DNA of 58,943 nt, from IMG/VR virus record IMGVR_UViG_3300003887_000023, positions 1-58,943 of that record; one strand, 5' to 3'. The notes below the pieces were generated by a model. It did no database searches. It was not told the DNA's origin and saw only the letters and a program-made list of their open reading frames with translations. The DNA comes from a virus (Duplodnaviria > Caudoviricetes). The position numbers and the translations under genes were made by a program. Position 1 is the first letter of the stretch, and every line of letters starts with the position of its first letter. Positions 44,755-54,389 of this stretch are shown here, piece after piece.

Positions 44755-45302
44755 GTGAACAGGATTTCCTTGTTCTGCAGCGCCGGGATTTGATCGCAGC
44801 CCGTATCAGTCGGGAACCGCAGGTGCTGGTTTTCAGGCGTCCAGGCTTCCTCGATCGCCCGTTCCAGCGAGACAAAGCCCGTCCGCGCGATCACGGTCAC
44901 CAGCGTTGTGCCGTCGTCCTGCACTTCGAATGTCTGATAATCGAGGATGGCATTGATCAGCAGATACGGGTTGGCGATGACATTGTCCTGGTTATCCAGG
45001 CAGGCCAGCCATACCGTCGCGGCGAGATTGCGTACATCGCCGTTGAGCCGCGCAACGACGTCGTCGTCGACACCGGCCATCCAGAACACCACCTCCTGAA
45101 TGGCCAGCTCGGACGTTGCCCGGATCGGTGCGACGCCGCCCATCCGTCCCGATCCCGTCCAGTCGTGACCGTTCCACGACTTCAGGCCGACGCCTGTCCA
45201 GAATCGGCCCGTTCCGGACGGATGGCCGATCTCACCAAACACGGCCCGGGGCGCCCCGCCCTTCAAGGCTTCGGCCATGCGAAGCGTCAGCGGACGGCTC
45301 AC
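44748..45302 (-). CDS. Minor tail (hub-like) protein
   Basis: FWTGVG..W.G..W.G.G; RFPTDTG; position. Confidence 0.8.
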   Translation of the reverse strand: MSRPLTLRMAEALKGGAPRAVFGEIGHPSGTGRFWTGVGLKSWNGHDWTGSGRMGGVAPIRATSELAIQEVVFWMAGVDDDVVARLNGDVRNLAATVWLACLDNQDNVIANPYLLINAILDYQTFEVQDDGTTLVTVIARTGFVSLERAIEEAWTPENQHLRFPTDTGCDQIPALQNKEILFTW

Positions 45303-46012
45303 GGCACAAGGTCCAACGCTTCGGTCAGCGAAAAGCCGATACTGCCGACGGCAGGCAACCCGACTTCAGCCACGCCCTGACTGTCATCTGTCATCCTCAT
45401 CACGGTCGTCGCATCCTCGAGGACGATCTGATCGCCGGCAGCCATTCCGATCCGCAGGCGCGGCCTGATCTCGACACCAGCCCGTCCACTCACATCCGTA
45501 GCGTTGCCGTGCATCACTTCGTAAAGCAGGGGATATGCCGCCGCGATGCCATTCGGCCGATGCTCGAAGAGATCGCCACGCGTCAGTGCAGCGGCGATGG
45601 AAACTGGAAATCCCGCCATGGTGACGAAGCTCGCTCCCCTGGTGGCAGCGGCATAGGCAGTCACGAACGGCGGCAGATATCCGTCAGCGAAACCTTCGTC
45701 GTCATCGAACGAAAATCCCGTCTGCGGCGCGCGAAGATTGCGATTGTACCAAGGCCGGCGCCGGAACGGATCGCCGATCCGAAGCGCTCCGGACTGCCCG
45801 TCAAGGCGATGAAAGAACGCCTCGATCTCCTGCCAGTCCGGATCGGCCTGGACCGCCATGCTCAACTGGCACTGCCACAACTGGGCTGAACCACGTGATG
45901 CTTTCTTGATCCCGAGCAGCGGCAGCGGCGTCGTCTGCGACACCGTCGACAGTGGGAACTTCCTGGTGACGAACCGATACCAGGAGGTTGGAAATTGATA
46001 AATTGTGGTCAT
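45299..46012 (-). CDS. Distal tail protein
   Basis: MTTIYQFP...; ATGA overlap with TMP stop; AFFHRLDG. Confidence 0.75.
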   Translation of the reverse strand: MTTIYQFPTSWYRFVTRKFPLSTVSQTTPLPLLGIKKASRGSAQLWQCQLSMAVQADPDWQEIEAFFHRLDGQSGALRIGDPFRRRPWYNRNLRAPQTGFSFDDDEGFADGYLPPFVTAYAAATRGASFVTMAGFPVSIAAALTRGDLFEHRPNGIAAAYPLLYEVMHGNATDVSGRAGVEIRPRLRIGMAAGDQIVLEDATTVMRMTDDSQGVAEVGLPAVGSIGFSLTEALDLVP

Positions 46013-48009
46013 CGCGGCCGCAAATATCCGGGAGAGTCGGAACGCGTCTTGCCAACCATGCCAACGGCTTGACTGACGGCGCGTTGACTCGACGCGTCGA
46101 CATACGCCTTGATGCGCGCTTCGGAGCCCGCATCGGCACCGCGAAAGTCGTTGTGATTGACGATGCTGATTGGCGAGCCGCCGACGCCATCGCCTTTCTT
46201 TGACACAGTCACCCGCTCGCCGGGCGAAACCCGCATGGCGGCGATCTGACTGTCGATGCCGCCAGCGCCGCCGACCGTAAACGATCCGCCTTGAGCAAAC
46301 GCCGGCAGAATATTCATCGGGGAGCCGGTGCCGCTGAACAGAGACCCCAACAGCCCGGCTGACGTGCCGCCCGTGCTGGAATTGCCGAACAGCAAAGACT
46401 TGAACGCCTGATTGGCAAGGGCTCGCGCCAGATCCTGCAGGAGGCTTTTGAGCACGTCCGAAAGCTTCGTGCCGCCCTGGATTGCCTTGTCGAACGCCGA
46501 TGTCAGCGAGTTTCCCAGCGCCTGCGCATAAGGACTTGCCTGGGCCATTTTGTCCTGTGCCTGGGCAACGCCGCGCGCATAGGTGTCGGCATTGATGGCG
46601 CCTGACTGATAGGCGATGTTCAAGCGCTCGATCGTCTGCCCGAACTGTTCTGCCGGCGTCCGCGTCTGCTCGAAGACCTGCTTTCCGAACGTCGCTGCAA
46701 TGTTCCACCGGGCTTGCGCCGCGGCGGTTTCGTCGATCTTCTGTCTCAATGCCGCCGTGACAGTGATGTTGTTTGCCTTGGCGATTGCGTTCGCCTGGGC
46801 AATGATCTTTTCCTTCTCCATCTCCGTCGCAGAAAGGCCGATCGCCTGAGCTTCCGCCTTAAGGCCTTCGGTCTTTTTGACCGTCGAATCCAGGAACGTC
46901 AGCAGCGCATTTTTCGCCGCCCCGGCCGCCTGGATGATCGGCGCCGCCATCTTGGTCGTCACAGCCTGCCCAGTCGCTGCCGCAGCCTGATCGGTCGTCG
47001 TCCAGAACTTTTGGATGGTCTCGCTCAGCCCTTTGAAAGCCGCATCCGTCTTGTCGCCTTCTACGGTGAACGCTGCCCATGCCTGTTTCATGGCCTGCCA
47101 GTTCGGCGCCATGAGCACGTTCCAAAGGGCAGACAGCTCGGCGCCGATGCGCTGAAAGGCGACGATACCGCCGAGCGCAATGCTGATCGCGCCTTTGATG
47201 GCGTTCGCAAGCCCGTCGACCGTTCCCTTCATCAGGTCACTGTTCTTGGCGGCGTCGAACAATGTCGTCGACAGTTGCGCCAGCGCCGGCGCGAGCCGCG
47301 CCATCACCTGCGTGATAATGCCTTCCTTGACCTTGCCGAGCCGGGTCAGATTATCGTTGAAGTTCTCGGCTGCCTTGGCCGTCTTTTCGTCGATGACGAT
47401 GCCGAGCGCTGCCGCCTCGTCCTTCATCTCCTGCAGACCATCCCGGCCGGAATTGAGAAGCGGGATCATCTGTGCGCCGGCCTTGCCGAACAACGCCATG
47501 GCAAGAGCCGTCTTCGCGGCGCCGTCTTCGTAGCCCTTGAACTTTTCGGCGATATCGCCAAGCACGAGGGACGAGGACCGCAGTGTCCCATCAGTATTCT
47601 TGACGGCGACGCCCATTGCGGTGAACGCCTGGGCTGCATCGTTCGATGCCCCGCCGGCGACGGCTACCATATTCTTCGAGAGCTTACCGACCGACGTCCC
47701 AAGCGCCTCAAGGCTGACGTCGGACAGGTCGGCAGCATGCTTGAGCTTCGACAGTTCTTCGACCGGGATGCCGACTGATTGCGACATCTTGCCGAGTTTG
47801 TCGGCGCTTTCGAGCGAGCCTTTCAGCGACGCCGCGATACCGACGCCGATCGCTGCGAATGCGGCGCCCGCGATCGCCCCGGCCTTGGCGACGGACGCGC
47901 CAAATTCAGACACCTTGGCTGCCGCGCTCTTGAGCCCGGTTTCCAGCTCGGCGGAATCCGCACCCAGGACAACACGCAACGCACCGATGACGGCATTGCC
48001 GGCAGCCAT
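46009..48009 (-). CDS. Tape measure protein
   Basis: IGALRVVLGAD start, Ala-rich helices, RTPAE, FAQGG. Confidence 0.92.
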   Translation of the reverse strand: MAAGNAVIGALRVVLGADSAELETGLKSAAAKVSEFGASVAKAGAIAGAAFAAIGVGIAASLKGSLESADKLGKMSQSVGIPVEELSKLKHAADLSDVSLEALGTSVGKLSKNMVAVAGGASNDAAQAFTAMGVAVKNTDGTLRSSSLVLGDIAEKFKGYEDGAAKTALAMALFGKAGAQMIPLLNSGRDGLQEMKDEAAALGIVIDEKTAKAAENFNDNLTRLGKVKEGIITQVMARLAPALAQLSTTLFDAAKNSDLMKGTVDGLANAIKGAISIALGGIVAFQRIGAELSALWNVLMAPNWQAMKQAWAAFTVEGDKTDAAFKGLSETIQKFWTTTDQAAAATGQAVTTKMAAPIIQAAGAAKNALLTFLDSTVKKTEGLKAEAQAIGLSATEMEKEKIIAQANAIAKANNITVTAALRQKIDETAAAQARWNIAATFGKQVFEQTRTPAEQFGQTIERLNIAYQSGAINADTYARGVAQAQDKMAQASPYAQALGNSLTSAFDKAIQGGTKLSDVLKSLLQDLARALANQAFKSLLFGNSSTGGTSAGLLGSLFSGTGSPMNILPAFAQGGSFTVGGAGGIDSQIAAMRVSPGERVTVSKKGDGVGGSPISIVNHNDFRGADAGSEARIKAYVDASSQRAVSQAVGMVGKTRSDSPGYLRPR

Positions 48010-48012
48010 GAA

Positions 48013-48357
48013 TCAGACCTTTTTTGCTGTAATCGTGCCGCCATAGGCAGCGTTGAGCATCGTCACGACCGCCAGCATTTCGTTCGCTGTCTGCGGCCGG
48101 CGCCGGCTTTCGCGGCGCATCAGCTTGTCGAGCTTCGGTAGTTTCTTCGTGCGTTGCAGGGCTGCGATATGCCAGACCGCCCAGGCGCGTTCGTTGTGCT
48201 CGCGCGTTTGGCGTCGCGCTTCTGCCTTGAACACTCTTGCGATCTGGCGCGGCGTGCGCCGCCAGAATTCATCTTCTCCGCGGCCCGTCTCAAGCCACGT
48301 TTCTAGGATGCCGGGCCAGTCCCATCCGGGCCGCCCGGCGACTGAGGGTTCGCGGCC
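48013..48357 (-). CDS. Tail assembly chaperone, -1 frame (gpT-like) segment
   Basis: WDWPGILETW...EFWRRTPRQI motif in the -1 frame overlapping the end of the upstream gene. Confidence 0.65.
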   Translation of the reverse strand, partial: GREPSVAGRPGWDWPGILETWLETGRGEDEFWRRTPRQIARVFKAEARRQTREHNERAWAVWHIAALQRTKKLPKLDKLMRRESRRRPQTANEMLAVVTMLNAAYGGTITAKKV

Positions 48358-48677
48358 TCACCTTCGGGAGCCGCCGGCATCGAGCGCACGAACGCCTCGC
48401 CGATCAGTCGGCCCATATCCGCCGGCTTCATGGTTCGCAGAATGGCCTTGGTTTCATCCAAGGTGATGTCCGGCAGATGATCCCGCAGGCCCTGCCAGAA
48501 CAATATGCGGAGTTGTCCGAGCTTTACGTTCTTGGCCGTTATAAGCTCGGCGATGACGACCTCGACATTCATGCCGAGCGCGTCCTCGATCTCGCACAAG
48601 GCATTGGCAGAGAAGGACAGCTTATAAACTGTCCCGCTCGCCTCGAATTCGACCTCGCCTTTGTTGGCGTTTGCCAT
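48303..48677 (-). CDS. Tail assembly chaperone (gpG-like)
   Basis: MANANKGEV...LSFSANALCEIED; between tail tube and TMP. Confidence 0.85.
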   Translation of the reverse strand: MANANKGEVEFEASGTVYKLSFSANALCEIEDALGMNVEVVIAELITAKNVKLGQLRILFWQGLRDHLPDITLDETKAILRTMKPADMGRLIGEAFVRSMPAAPEGEAANPQSPGGPDGTGPAS

Positions 48678-48686
48678 GACCAGCCC

Positions 48687-49373
48687 TTACGCAGCCGTGA
48701 CCGCCGCAGACGTCGCGGTCGCATTTCCGGCCGCATTGGTGCCCGTCACCGCGACCGTGATGGCATCGCCGGAATCGCCCGCGACGATGACGTAGGTCTG
48801 CGACGTCGCGCCGCTGATGTTCGATCCCGCGTTCTTCCACTGGTAGGTGAACGTCGGCGCCCCCGACCAGTTGCCCGGATAGGCAGTCAGCGTCGCGCCT
48901 TCGGTCAGCAGACCCGAGATCGCCGGCAGGATGGAATTGACAGGCGCCGCGGCAGCGGCGAGGACAGGCTTGCCGGTGATCTTGAACGTCGCCGAAGCCG
49001 ACATTTTGTCGTCGACAGGCGCGTCGGGCTCGAATGCCGTGGCGATTCCGCTGAACGAGAACGTCTCGCCGCCGGGAAACACGATCTTGTAGCTGCGTGC
49101 CGCCGCCTGCTCTATCTCGGCCAGAAGCAGCGTCGTCGTCGAGTTGCCCGGCACGAAGTTTAATTCAAGCGACACCTCGCCGCCGTCGATCAGGCCCGGG
49201 ATGAATTCGCGAAACTTGTCCGCCGACTCCGAATGCGTCGCATCGACCGTGTCGCGCGACAGGCCCGGCGGGGTGATGCTGGTGACTTCGGCGACCGAGG
49301 TCCAGACGTTCGGCCCGGTGCTGGTGAGGATCTGAAACAACGTACCATAGCCGATCTTCGCGCTCGTCGTCAT
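48687..49373 (-). CDS. Major tail tube protein with C-terminal Ig-like domain
   Basis: VTSITPP..SRDTVDATH..S...REFIPGLID.G; P.ISG...G.TLT...G.W...YQW. Confidence 0.9.
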   Translation of the reverse strand: MTTSAKIGYGTLFQILTSTGPNVWTSVAEVTSITPPGLSRDTVDATHSESADKFREFIPGLIDGGEVSLELNFVPGNSTTTLLLAEIEQAAARSYKIVFPGGETFSFSGIATAFEPDAPVDDKMSASATFKITGKPVLAAAAAPVNSILPAISGLLTEGATLTAYPGNWSGAPTFTYQWKNAGSNISGATSQTYVIVAGDSGDAITVAVTGTNAAGNATATSAAVTAA

Positions 49374-49444
49374 CGCGGCGTGTCCTTCTCAAGAATGTGG
49401 ATTGATGCCCCGCGACGTCACCCCGGCGGGAGTTGGGGAATTGA

Positions 49445-50005
49445 TCAGGCGCCCATCTTGGCGGCCAGCCGCTCGGCCTTTTTGGCAAGACGCTTGCGTG
49501 CCTTCTCGATTTCTTCAGCAAGCGTATCGCCGACCATTTGCGGCATCATCGGCGACAGTTCATCCCAGGCCGGCCGCATGAATGGATGCGGCGGATGGTG
49601 TCGAGTGCCGAACTCTCCGAACAAGCCGTAGAAAGCGCGATGCGTCGGCCCCACCTGCACAACCGCATGGCGACCGGCGCCGCCGGCTGCAGAATTCGCC
49701 GCTCGCGCCGCCTGCCCGGCTTCTGCCCTGGTCGCGCCTTCGCTCATGGCCGCAGCGAATGCCGCCTTGCCGGCGGTGATGATCTTTGGCTTTCCGACGG
49801 CTATTTCCTGTTTCAGATGCGTCGCATGCCTTGGCAGCGTGCTCTTCGGCGCTAGCTCACGCGCTCGCGCCGCGAAGACCCCGGCCGGCTTGACGATCGC
49901 CCGTTTTAAGACGTTGCCGCCAATAGCTCGCGGAAGTTCATACAGCGCCGCCTCAAGTTCCTTGAGACCTTCGACCCGCATCGCCGACTTGATCGAACGA
50001 GCCAC
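49445..50005 (-). CDS. HK97 gp10-like tail component
   Basis: VEGLKELE..L..L; EFGT...PHPFMRPAWD. Confidence 0.88.
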   Translation of the reverse strand: MARSIKSAMRVEGLKELEAALYELPRAIGGNVLKRAIVKPAGVFAARARELAPKSTLPRHATHLKQEIAVGKPKIITAGKAAFAAAMSEGATRAEAGQAARAANSAAGGAGRHAVVQVGPTHRAFYGLFGEFGTRHHPPHPFMRPAWDELSPMMPQMVGDTLAEEIEKARKRLAKKAERLAAKMGA

Positions 50006-50006
50006 A

Positions 50007-50423
50007 TCATCGCTCTTCGTGCCAGATGAAGTAATCCCGACTGACCCGATACATGGTCGTGTCGGCATCGTAGTCGTCACGCTCGCCGTCGAAGAAAACA
50101 CCTTGCACCGTCACGGCAAAGCCACCCGAGCCCATGACGCCCTGGTATCCGTCAAGGCATTCCTTGACAAGGTTGGCGAGACTCGCCGCGGCGTCGCCGG
50201 TCGGCGCCCATGCGTCGATCTGCAGGCGAGGACTGGCGAGCCAGGACGGCCCGGTCATGTGATGATCACCGGCCCCGGAAATCCTCGTGTAGACCACACT
50301 CGCGAGTTTGATTCCCTGCGGCAGCACGATCGGATAGATGCGGCTGGCGCCGACGGCCGACGAGATCGCGGCGTCCGCCAGAAGGAACGCCCGCAGTGCT
50401 GGCCTGATATCCTTGATGGCCAT
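50007..50423 (-). CDS. Tail terminator (DUF3168-like)
   Basis: RIYP..LPQ...VYTRIS...RLQIDAWA. Confidence 0.85.
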   Translation of the reverse strand: MAIKDIRPALRAFLLADAAISSAVGASRIYPIVLPQGIKLASVVYTRISGAGDHHMTGPSWLASPRLQIDAWAPTGDAAASLANLVKECLDGYQGVMGSGGFAVTVQGVFFDGERDDYDADTTMYRVSRDYFIWHEER

Positions 50424-50803
50424 TAGGCGACGTCCATCCGCCGGCTGGTGCGGATACGCAGATCAACCTCCCGGCCGACTTCCTCGGCGCCGAGAATATC
50501 AAAGATCCGCGATGTCGCCGGAGCTTGTACATTCGCCGCCAGATCATAGGACGGGCACAGCACCCGATCCTTCGGCGTCAGCGGACGCGATGCCGACGGG
50601 ATGGCGTGAAACCGGATCGTGAAGGTCACTTCCTGCTCGGCAACTTCCTGCGCAGACGTGAACCGTTCGGCGCCCGGCGTCGGCGCCTGACCAGCGGTAA
50701 TCCGATAAGCGATATCCGCCCAGGTCAAAACCGGCTCGCCGGAATCCGACTGCGTCACGGTCGCCCGCTGAACGGTGATGATGCGATCGTAGCGGCGCTG
50801 CAT
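50423..50803 (-). CDS. Head closure / head-tail adaptor
   Basis: RIITVQR.T...D.GEP..TW...FTIR. Confidence 0.85.
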   Translation of the reverse strand: MQRRYDRIITVQRATVTQSDSGEPVLTWADIAYRITAGQAPTPGAERFTSAQEVAEQEVTFTIRFHAIPSASRPLTPKDRVLCPSYDLAANVQAPATSRIFDILGAEEVGREVDLRIRTSRRMDVA

Positions 50804-50806
50804 CGA

Positions 50807-51379
50807 TCAGAACCTGATCCGGCGATACGGCGCCAGCAGCGCATCAACAGCCAACGGCATGGCTTGCGCGACCGCCCCCACCTGCACAGCCGACGGGTTG
50901 TCATACCAATGCCGCACCATCATCAACATGGCATGCTTGATCGCCGCAGTGGCCGCGGCTTCCCCGGCCACATAGGCGACGCGAACGACCGGCCCTTCAT
51001 CATGCGTGGTTGGAAAGCTGTAGTCCGAAATAAATCGGACATAGGCGCCGAGATCATCGTTCAGCAGCGTATAATTTGCGCTGCTCACCGTCTGCTCGAC
51101 ATCGCTGGCGTCGTCATATTTGACGCTGGCGATCGACGCGACCGGAAACAACGGCAGGCGCAAACAACCGCTGAACGCGTCGAAATCTTGCCGCCACGTC
51201 TGCGTGATCAGGCACCGCCCCAAGATCCCCGTCCATCCGTCGAGATGCGCCGTCGCGGCGTCGATAAGCGCACCAATCAACGTATCCCTTTCTGTATAGG
51301 ACACGTCGAGATGCGCCTTCGCTTCCGTAAGCGATATCGGAGTCGATGCTGGTGCCGTTACAAGGACGGGGCGGTACAT
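50807..51379 (-). CDS. Head-tail connector (gp6-like)
   Basis: PISLTEAKAHLDV...LGRCLITQTW...HWYDN. Confidence 0.9.
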   Translation of the reverse strand: MYRPVLVTAPASTPISLTEAKAHLDVSYTERDTLIGALIDAATAHLDGWTGILGRCLITQTWRQDFDAFSGCLRLPLFPVASIASVKYDDASDVEQTVSSANYTLLNDDLGAYVRFISDYSFPTTHDEGPVVRVAYVAGEAAATAAIKHAMLMMVRHWYDNPSAVQVGAVAQAMPLAVDALLAPYRRIRF

Positions 51380-51385
51380 GGGAGG

Positions 51386-51619
51386 TCAGCGCCGCTTGCG
51401 TTCGGGGAGCGTCAGCTTTGGGCGCGAGTCGTCCAGCGCCAGCGTCATGTCTTCCGACGCCGCGCGAACGGCGACATCGACTGCTTCGACGAATCCCCTT
51501 GCCTTGAGGCCATCGAAGTGATCGCCTTCAACTTCGTCCAGCGTATCGGCCTTGATCTCTCGGCTGACCGTCCCGTCAAGATACGGGAACGATCGCAACA
51601 CCTTCACTTTTATGCGCAT
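51386..51619 (-). CDS. Small hypothetical head-region protein
   Basis: MRIKVKVLRSF...L.ARGFVE. Confidence 0.6.
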   Translation of the reverse strand: MRIKVKVLRSFPYLDGTVSREIKADTLDEVEGDHFDGLKARGFVEAVDVAVRAASEDMTLALDDSRPKLTLPERKRR

Positions 51620-51719
51620 CGGATCACCTGAGAGATCGAATGAATGCGAGGGGGCATCGGCGGTGCTATCGCTCGCCGCCGATGCATTCGCCAATGGCTT
51701 AAAGCGCCTACCGACGCGA

Positions 51720-52412
51720 TCAGTCGTCGCCGAGGAGCGCGCCGATCACCGTGATGGTGCCGGTGACATCGATCGTCGAATTGGCGTCGATCGTCGCCGC
51801 CGAGCCGGACCAGTTGAGGTAGAGATCGACGGCGGTCGCCGTCCCGTCCAACGCGGCGCTGGTATTGAGCCCGGCGCCGGAGAACTTGCTGGCGGTCGCC
51901 GTTCCGCTCGACAGGGTGATGGTGGCGGTAACGGCACCGAAGTCCACTTCCGTTCCAGTCAGGGCGCCGTCGCCGGCATTCGCCGCCGCCGACCCCAGAC
52001 CCATCACGAAGGCAGCATCACCGGCGCCGCCGGTCAAAGCTGCGCCTTCGGCGAACGCCGAGTAATCCTGCCGGCATCCGAGCGGCACCACGCCGCCTTG
52101 CACGAAATCGAACAGCTTGAGCGAGCCGGACGAGCCGGACCCAGCCGCATCCGTCACCGGGATCTGAGCGGCCGTCAGCGTGAACGTAAGGCTAAAGAAC
52201 GGCCCCATGCGGGTGATCGCGACGGCGACCGAACCGGACGCCGGCTGCGCAGCGATGGCGCCCACATAGGTCGCATTGGCGCCGATGATCGGCACACCGC
52301 GGTCGCGAAGCTCGGCGCCGTCTTCATAATCCGTGTAACCGCCGTTGGCGACGATCTGGGCGTTGCCGCCTTCCTTGCGATAGACCTTCGGCAGATAGGT
52401 ATTGTCGGCCAT
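51720..52412 (-). CDS. Head decoration/fibre-like protein
   Basis: Y..KVYRKEGG...VANGG; follows capsid genes. Confidence 0.65.
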   Translation of the reverse strand: MADNTYLPKVYRKEGGNAQIVANGGYTDYEDGAELRDRGVPIIGANATYVGAIAAQPASGSVAVAITRMGPFFSLTFTLTAAQIPVTDAAGSGSSGSLKLFDFVQGGVVPLGCRQDYSAFAEGAALTGGAGDAAFVMGLGSAAANAGDGALTGTEVDFGAVTATITLSSGTATASKFSGAGLNTSAALDGTATAVDLYLNWSGSAATIDANSTIDVTGTITVIGALLGDD

Positions 52413-52510
52413 AGCGCTATTCCTTCCGTTGGTTGCAGCGGCCCGCGCCCGCGCAAGAGCGCGTGCCGCCTACCCATGCGAGGGACGGGTGTGTTGGTGT
52501 GGATGGCCCG

Positions 52511-52963
52511 CTACGCCGTGCCTTCGGCCGGCGACAGCGAAAGTTCTGACGAGATCACGGTTGCGTCGTCCGTGATGGGCTGCGACTTCGCGTTGTAGAG
52601 TTCGGCGATCAGGAAATCGACCGTCGAATTCTGCGTGGCCCGGGTCGTGATCACCCGCAGGTATCGTTCCTGCGGCCGGTAGATGTCGCTGATCGCGACC
52701 TTACCATCATCGGAATCGGCGACCGTGATGGCGCTGCCGGCAAGATCGGCCATGCCCGTCGCGCTGTTGGCAGTGTTCTGCTGGACCTTGATGCCCTGGA
52801 CACCGTTCGTCACGATGGCGCCGAACCCAACCAGGAAGCGCACGGAGTCGAATCCGGCGGTGTCGAGGATATCGCTCGTCGCGTCCGAAGACGCGGCGGA
52901 GGCGGTGTAGTTGGTGCCGTCCGGCTTCATTCGGACGGTCTTGACGGCTTTGCTGAGGTTCAT
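52511..52963 (-). CDS. Capsid decoration/cement-like protein
   Basis: ILDTAGFDSV.F...ERYLRV; directly after mcp. Confidence 0.7.
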   Translation of the reverse strand: MNLSKAVKTVRMKPDGTNYTASAASSDATSDILDTAGFDSVRFLVGFGAIVTNGVQGIKVQQNTANSATGMADLAGSAITVADSDDGKVAISDIYRPQERYLRVITTRATQNSTVDFLIAELYNAKSQPITDDATVISSELSLSPAEGTA

Positions 52964-53051
52964 GGGACGTCTCCACGAATGGGAATTGACGGAACCGCGC
53001 CGCCGACCGCGGCGCGGTTATTGCGCGAACCGATCGAGCTAGATCGGCCAA

Positions 53052-54287
53052 TCAGGTCGCCGAGTTGGCGTAGTGCTTGATCGGATGGGTTCCGGCGTCG
53101 ACCAAGTTGCCGTCCCAGCGCTGGAACGCGACGAAGCCGGTCTGGTTGTAGTCGGCGTACCGCTCGGTCAGGCGCAACACCTGGACGCCGCGGACACGAC
53201 GAATCCAGTACTTGGAAAAGTCGCCGAACAGCATCGACTTGGCCGAAGCTGCCATGGCGGCCATGTCCTGATTGATGGTGTACGGCTTGCCGTCGATCGT
53301 GTCGGGCTCCTTGAGGGCGACGCCAGACTGCCACAGATAGCGGCCCTCGCCGTCCTTGAGCTTCTTGATGATCTTGAGCGCGGAGTCGGCCATCATGAAG
53401 CGGCCATTCCGGCGATAGGCGGGATCGACGGAGTGATGCAGGTCGATGATATCGTCCCACACGATCGTCAAAGTCTGCCCGGTCGCGCCGGCCTTGCCGA
53501 GCGTGGACACAAACGCCACTCCGGTCGGCTTCGATGCGCCGTCGCCCGTGGTGAAGTGAGCATTCGTCGCCCGCGCAATGCGGGTGCCGAGCTTGTTCGC
53601 GAGGAACGCGTCGAGATTGAACGCCGAGTCCTGCAGGAGCTGGTTCGAGACCCGCACCAGCTTGGACGTGTAGGTGTAGGCATTCAACGGCACCATGCCA
53701 AAGGTCACGTCCTGCTCGGGAGTGATGATGTTCTCCTGCAGAATCGCGCCGGAATTCGAGGTGTCGTTGTCCGTCGGGATCGGCAACTGATTGCCGCTGT
53801 CGGTATCGAACACGAACGCCGCCTCGAGCATACCGCCGTAGGCCAGCTCGGCGCTTTCCATCTGGGCATAGAAGCCCTGAGGCACAGTGTAGCCGCCGCC
53901 GGTCTGCGAACCCGTCGACTGCGCTGCCTGGAACCGACGCGTGGCGATCTGCTGCTGATCAGCAGTGAGCGCCGTCATGCCGCCACGCAGATAAGTGCTG
54001 AACGCTTCCTGCTCGATCAGGTCTTCGTCCTGCTGTTCGTCGATCGAGATGCCGCGGGCGGCAGCGCTGGCCGCCTGGCGCTGCGCAAGGTGCGCTTCCG
54101 AGGCTTCGAGGCGTTCGGCGCGGTCGATCTTCGCTTTCAGATCGTCGGCCTCGGCCATCATGGTGTCGAATTTGGCCTCGGTTTCCTTCGCCTCCGCTTC
54201 CGGCGTGTTGGCGTTGATGGAATCGAACAGGGTTCGGGCATCGGCCACCAATTTGGCGCGCTTCTCCCGCAGCTCCTTGACAGTCAT
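53052..54287 (-). CDS. Major capsid protein (HK97 family)
   Basis: Coiled-coil delta domain, GGYTVP, VSNQLLQDS, GDG..KP.G, KLKD..GRYLW, FGDFS. Confidence 0.97.
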   Translation of the reverse strand: MTVKELREKRAKLVADARTLFDSINANTPEAEAKETEAKFDTMMAEADDLKAKIDRAERLEASEAHLAQRQAASAAARGISIDEQQDEDLIEQEAFSTYLRGGMTALTADQQQIATRRFQAAQSTGSQTGGGYTVPQGFYAQMESAELAYGGMLEAAFVFDTDSGNQLPIPTDNDTSNSGAILQENIITPEQDVTFGMVPLNAYTYTSKLVRVSNQLLQDSAFNLDAFLANKLGTRIARATNAHFTTGDGASKPTGVAFVSTLGKAGATGQTLTIVWDDIIDLHHSVDPAYRRNGRFMMADSALKIIKKLKDGEGRYLWQSGVALKEPDTIDGKPYTINQDMAAMAASAKSMLFGDFSKYWIRRVRGVQVLRLTERYADYNQTGFVAFQRWDGNLVDAGTHPIKHYANSAT

Positions 54288-54389
54288 AGTATGCTCCTTT
54301 CAGGGCATGCTGGATAACCGCCAGAAGTCGGGGCGGTCGCCGAAGCGCGGGGCGGGTTGCCCGCGCGCCAATCTCTGAGGTTTCGCGAT

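Noticed and set aside
46013-46708. 5' extension of the 469-aa ORF 45299-46708
   Set aside because: Overlaps the tape measure gene out of frame. The real start is the ATG at 46012 coupled to the TMP stop.
53073-54317. Long plus-strand ORFs opposite late and early genes (also 55522-56568, 50525-51631, 46714-47778, 36154-37323, 8766-9737, 6638-7540)
   Set aside because: Antisense shadows of clearly identified genes in high-GC DNA, with no motifs or coupling.
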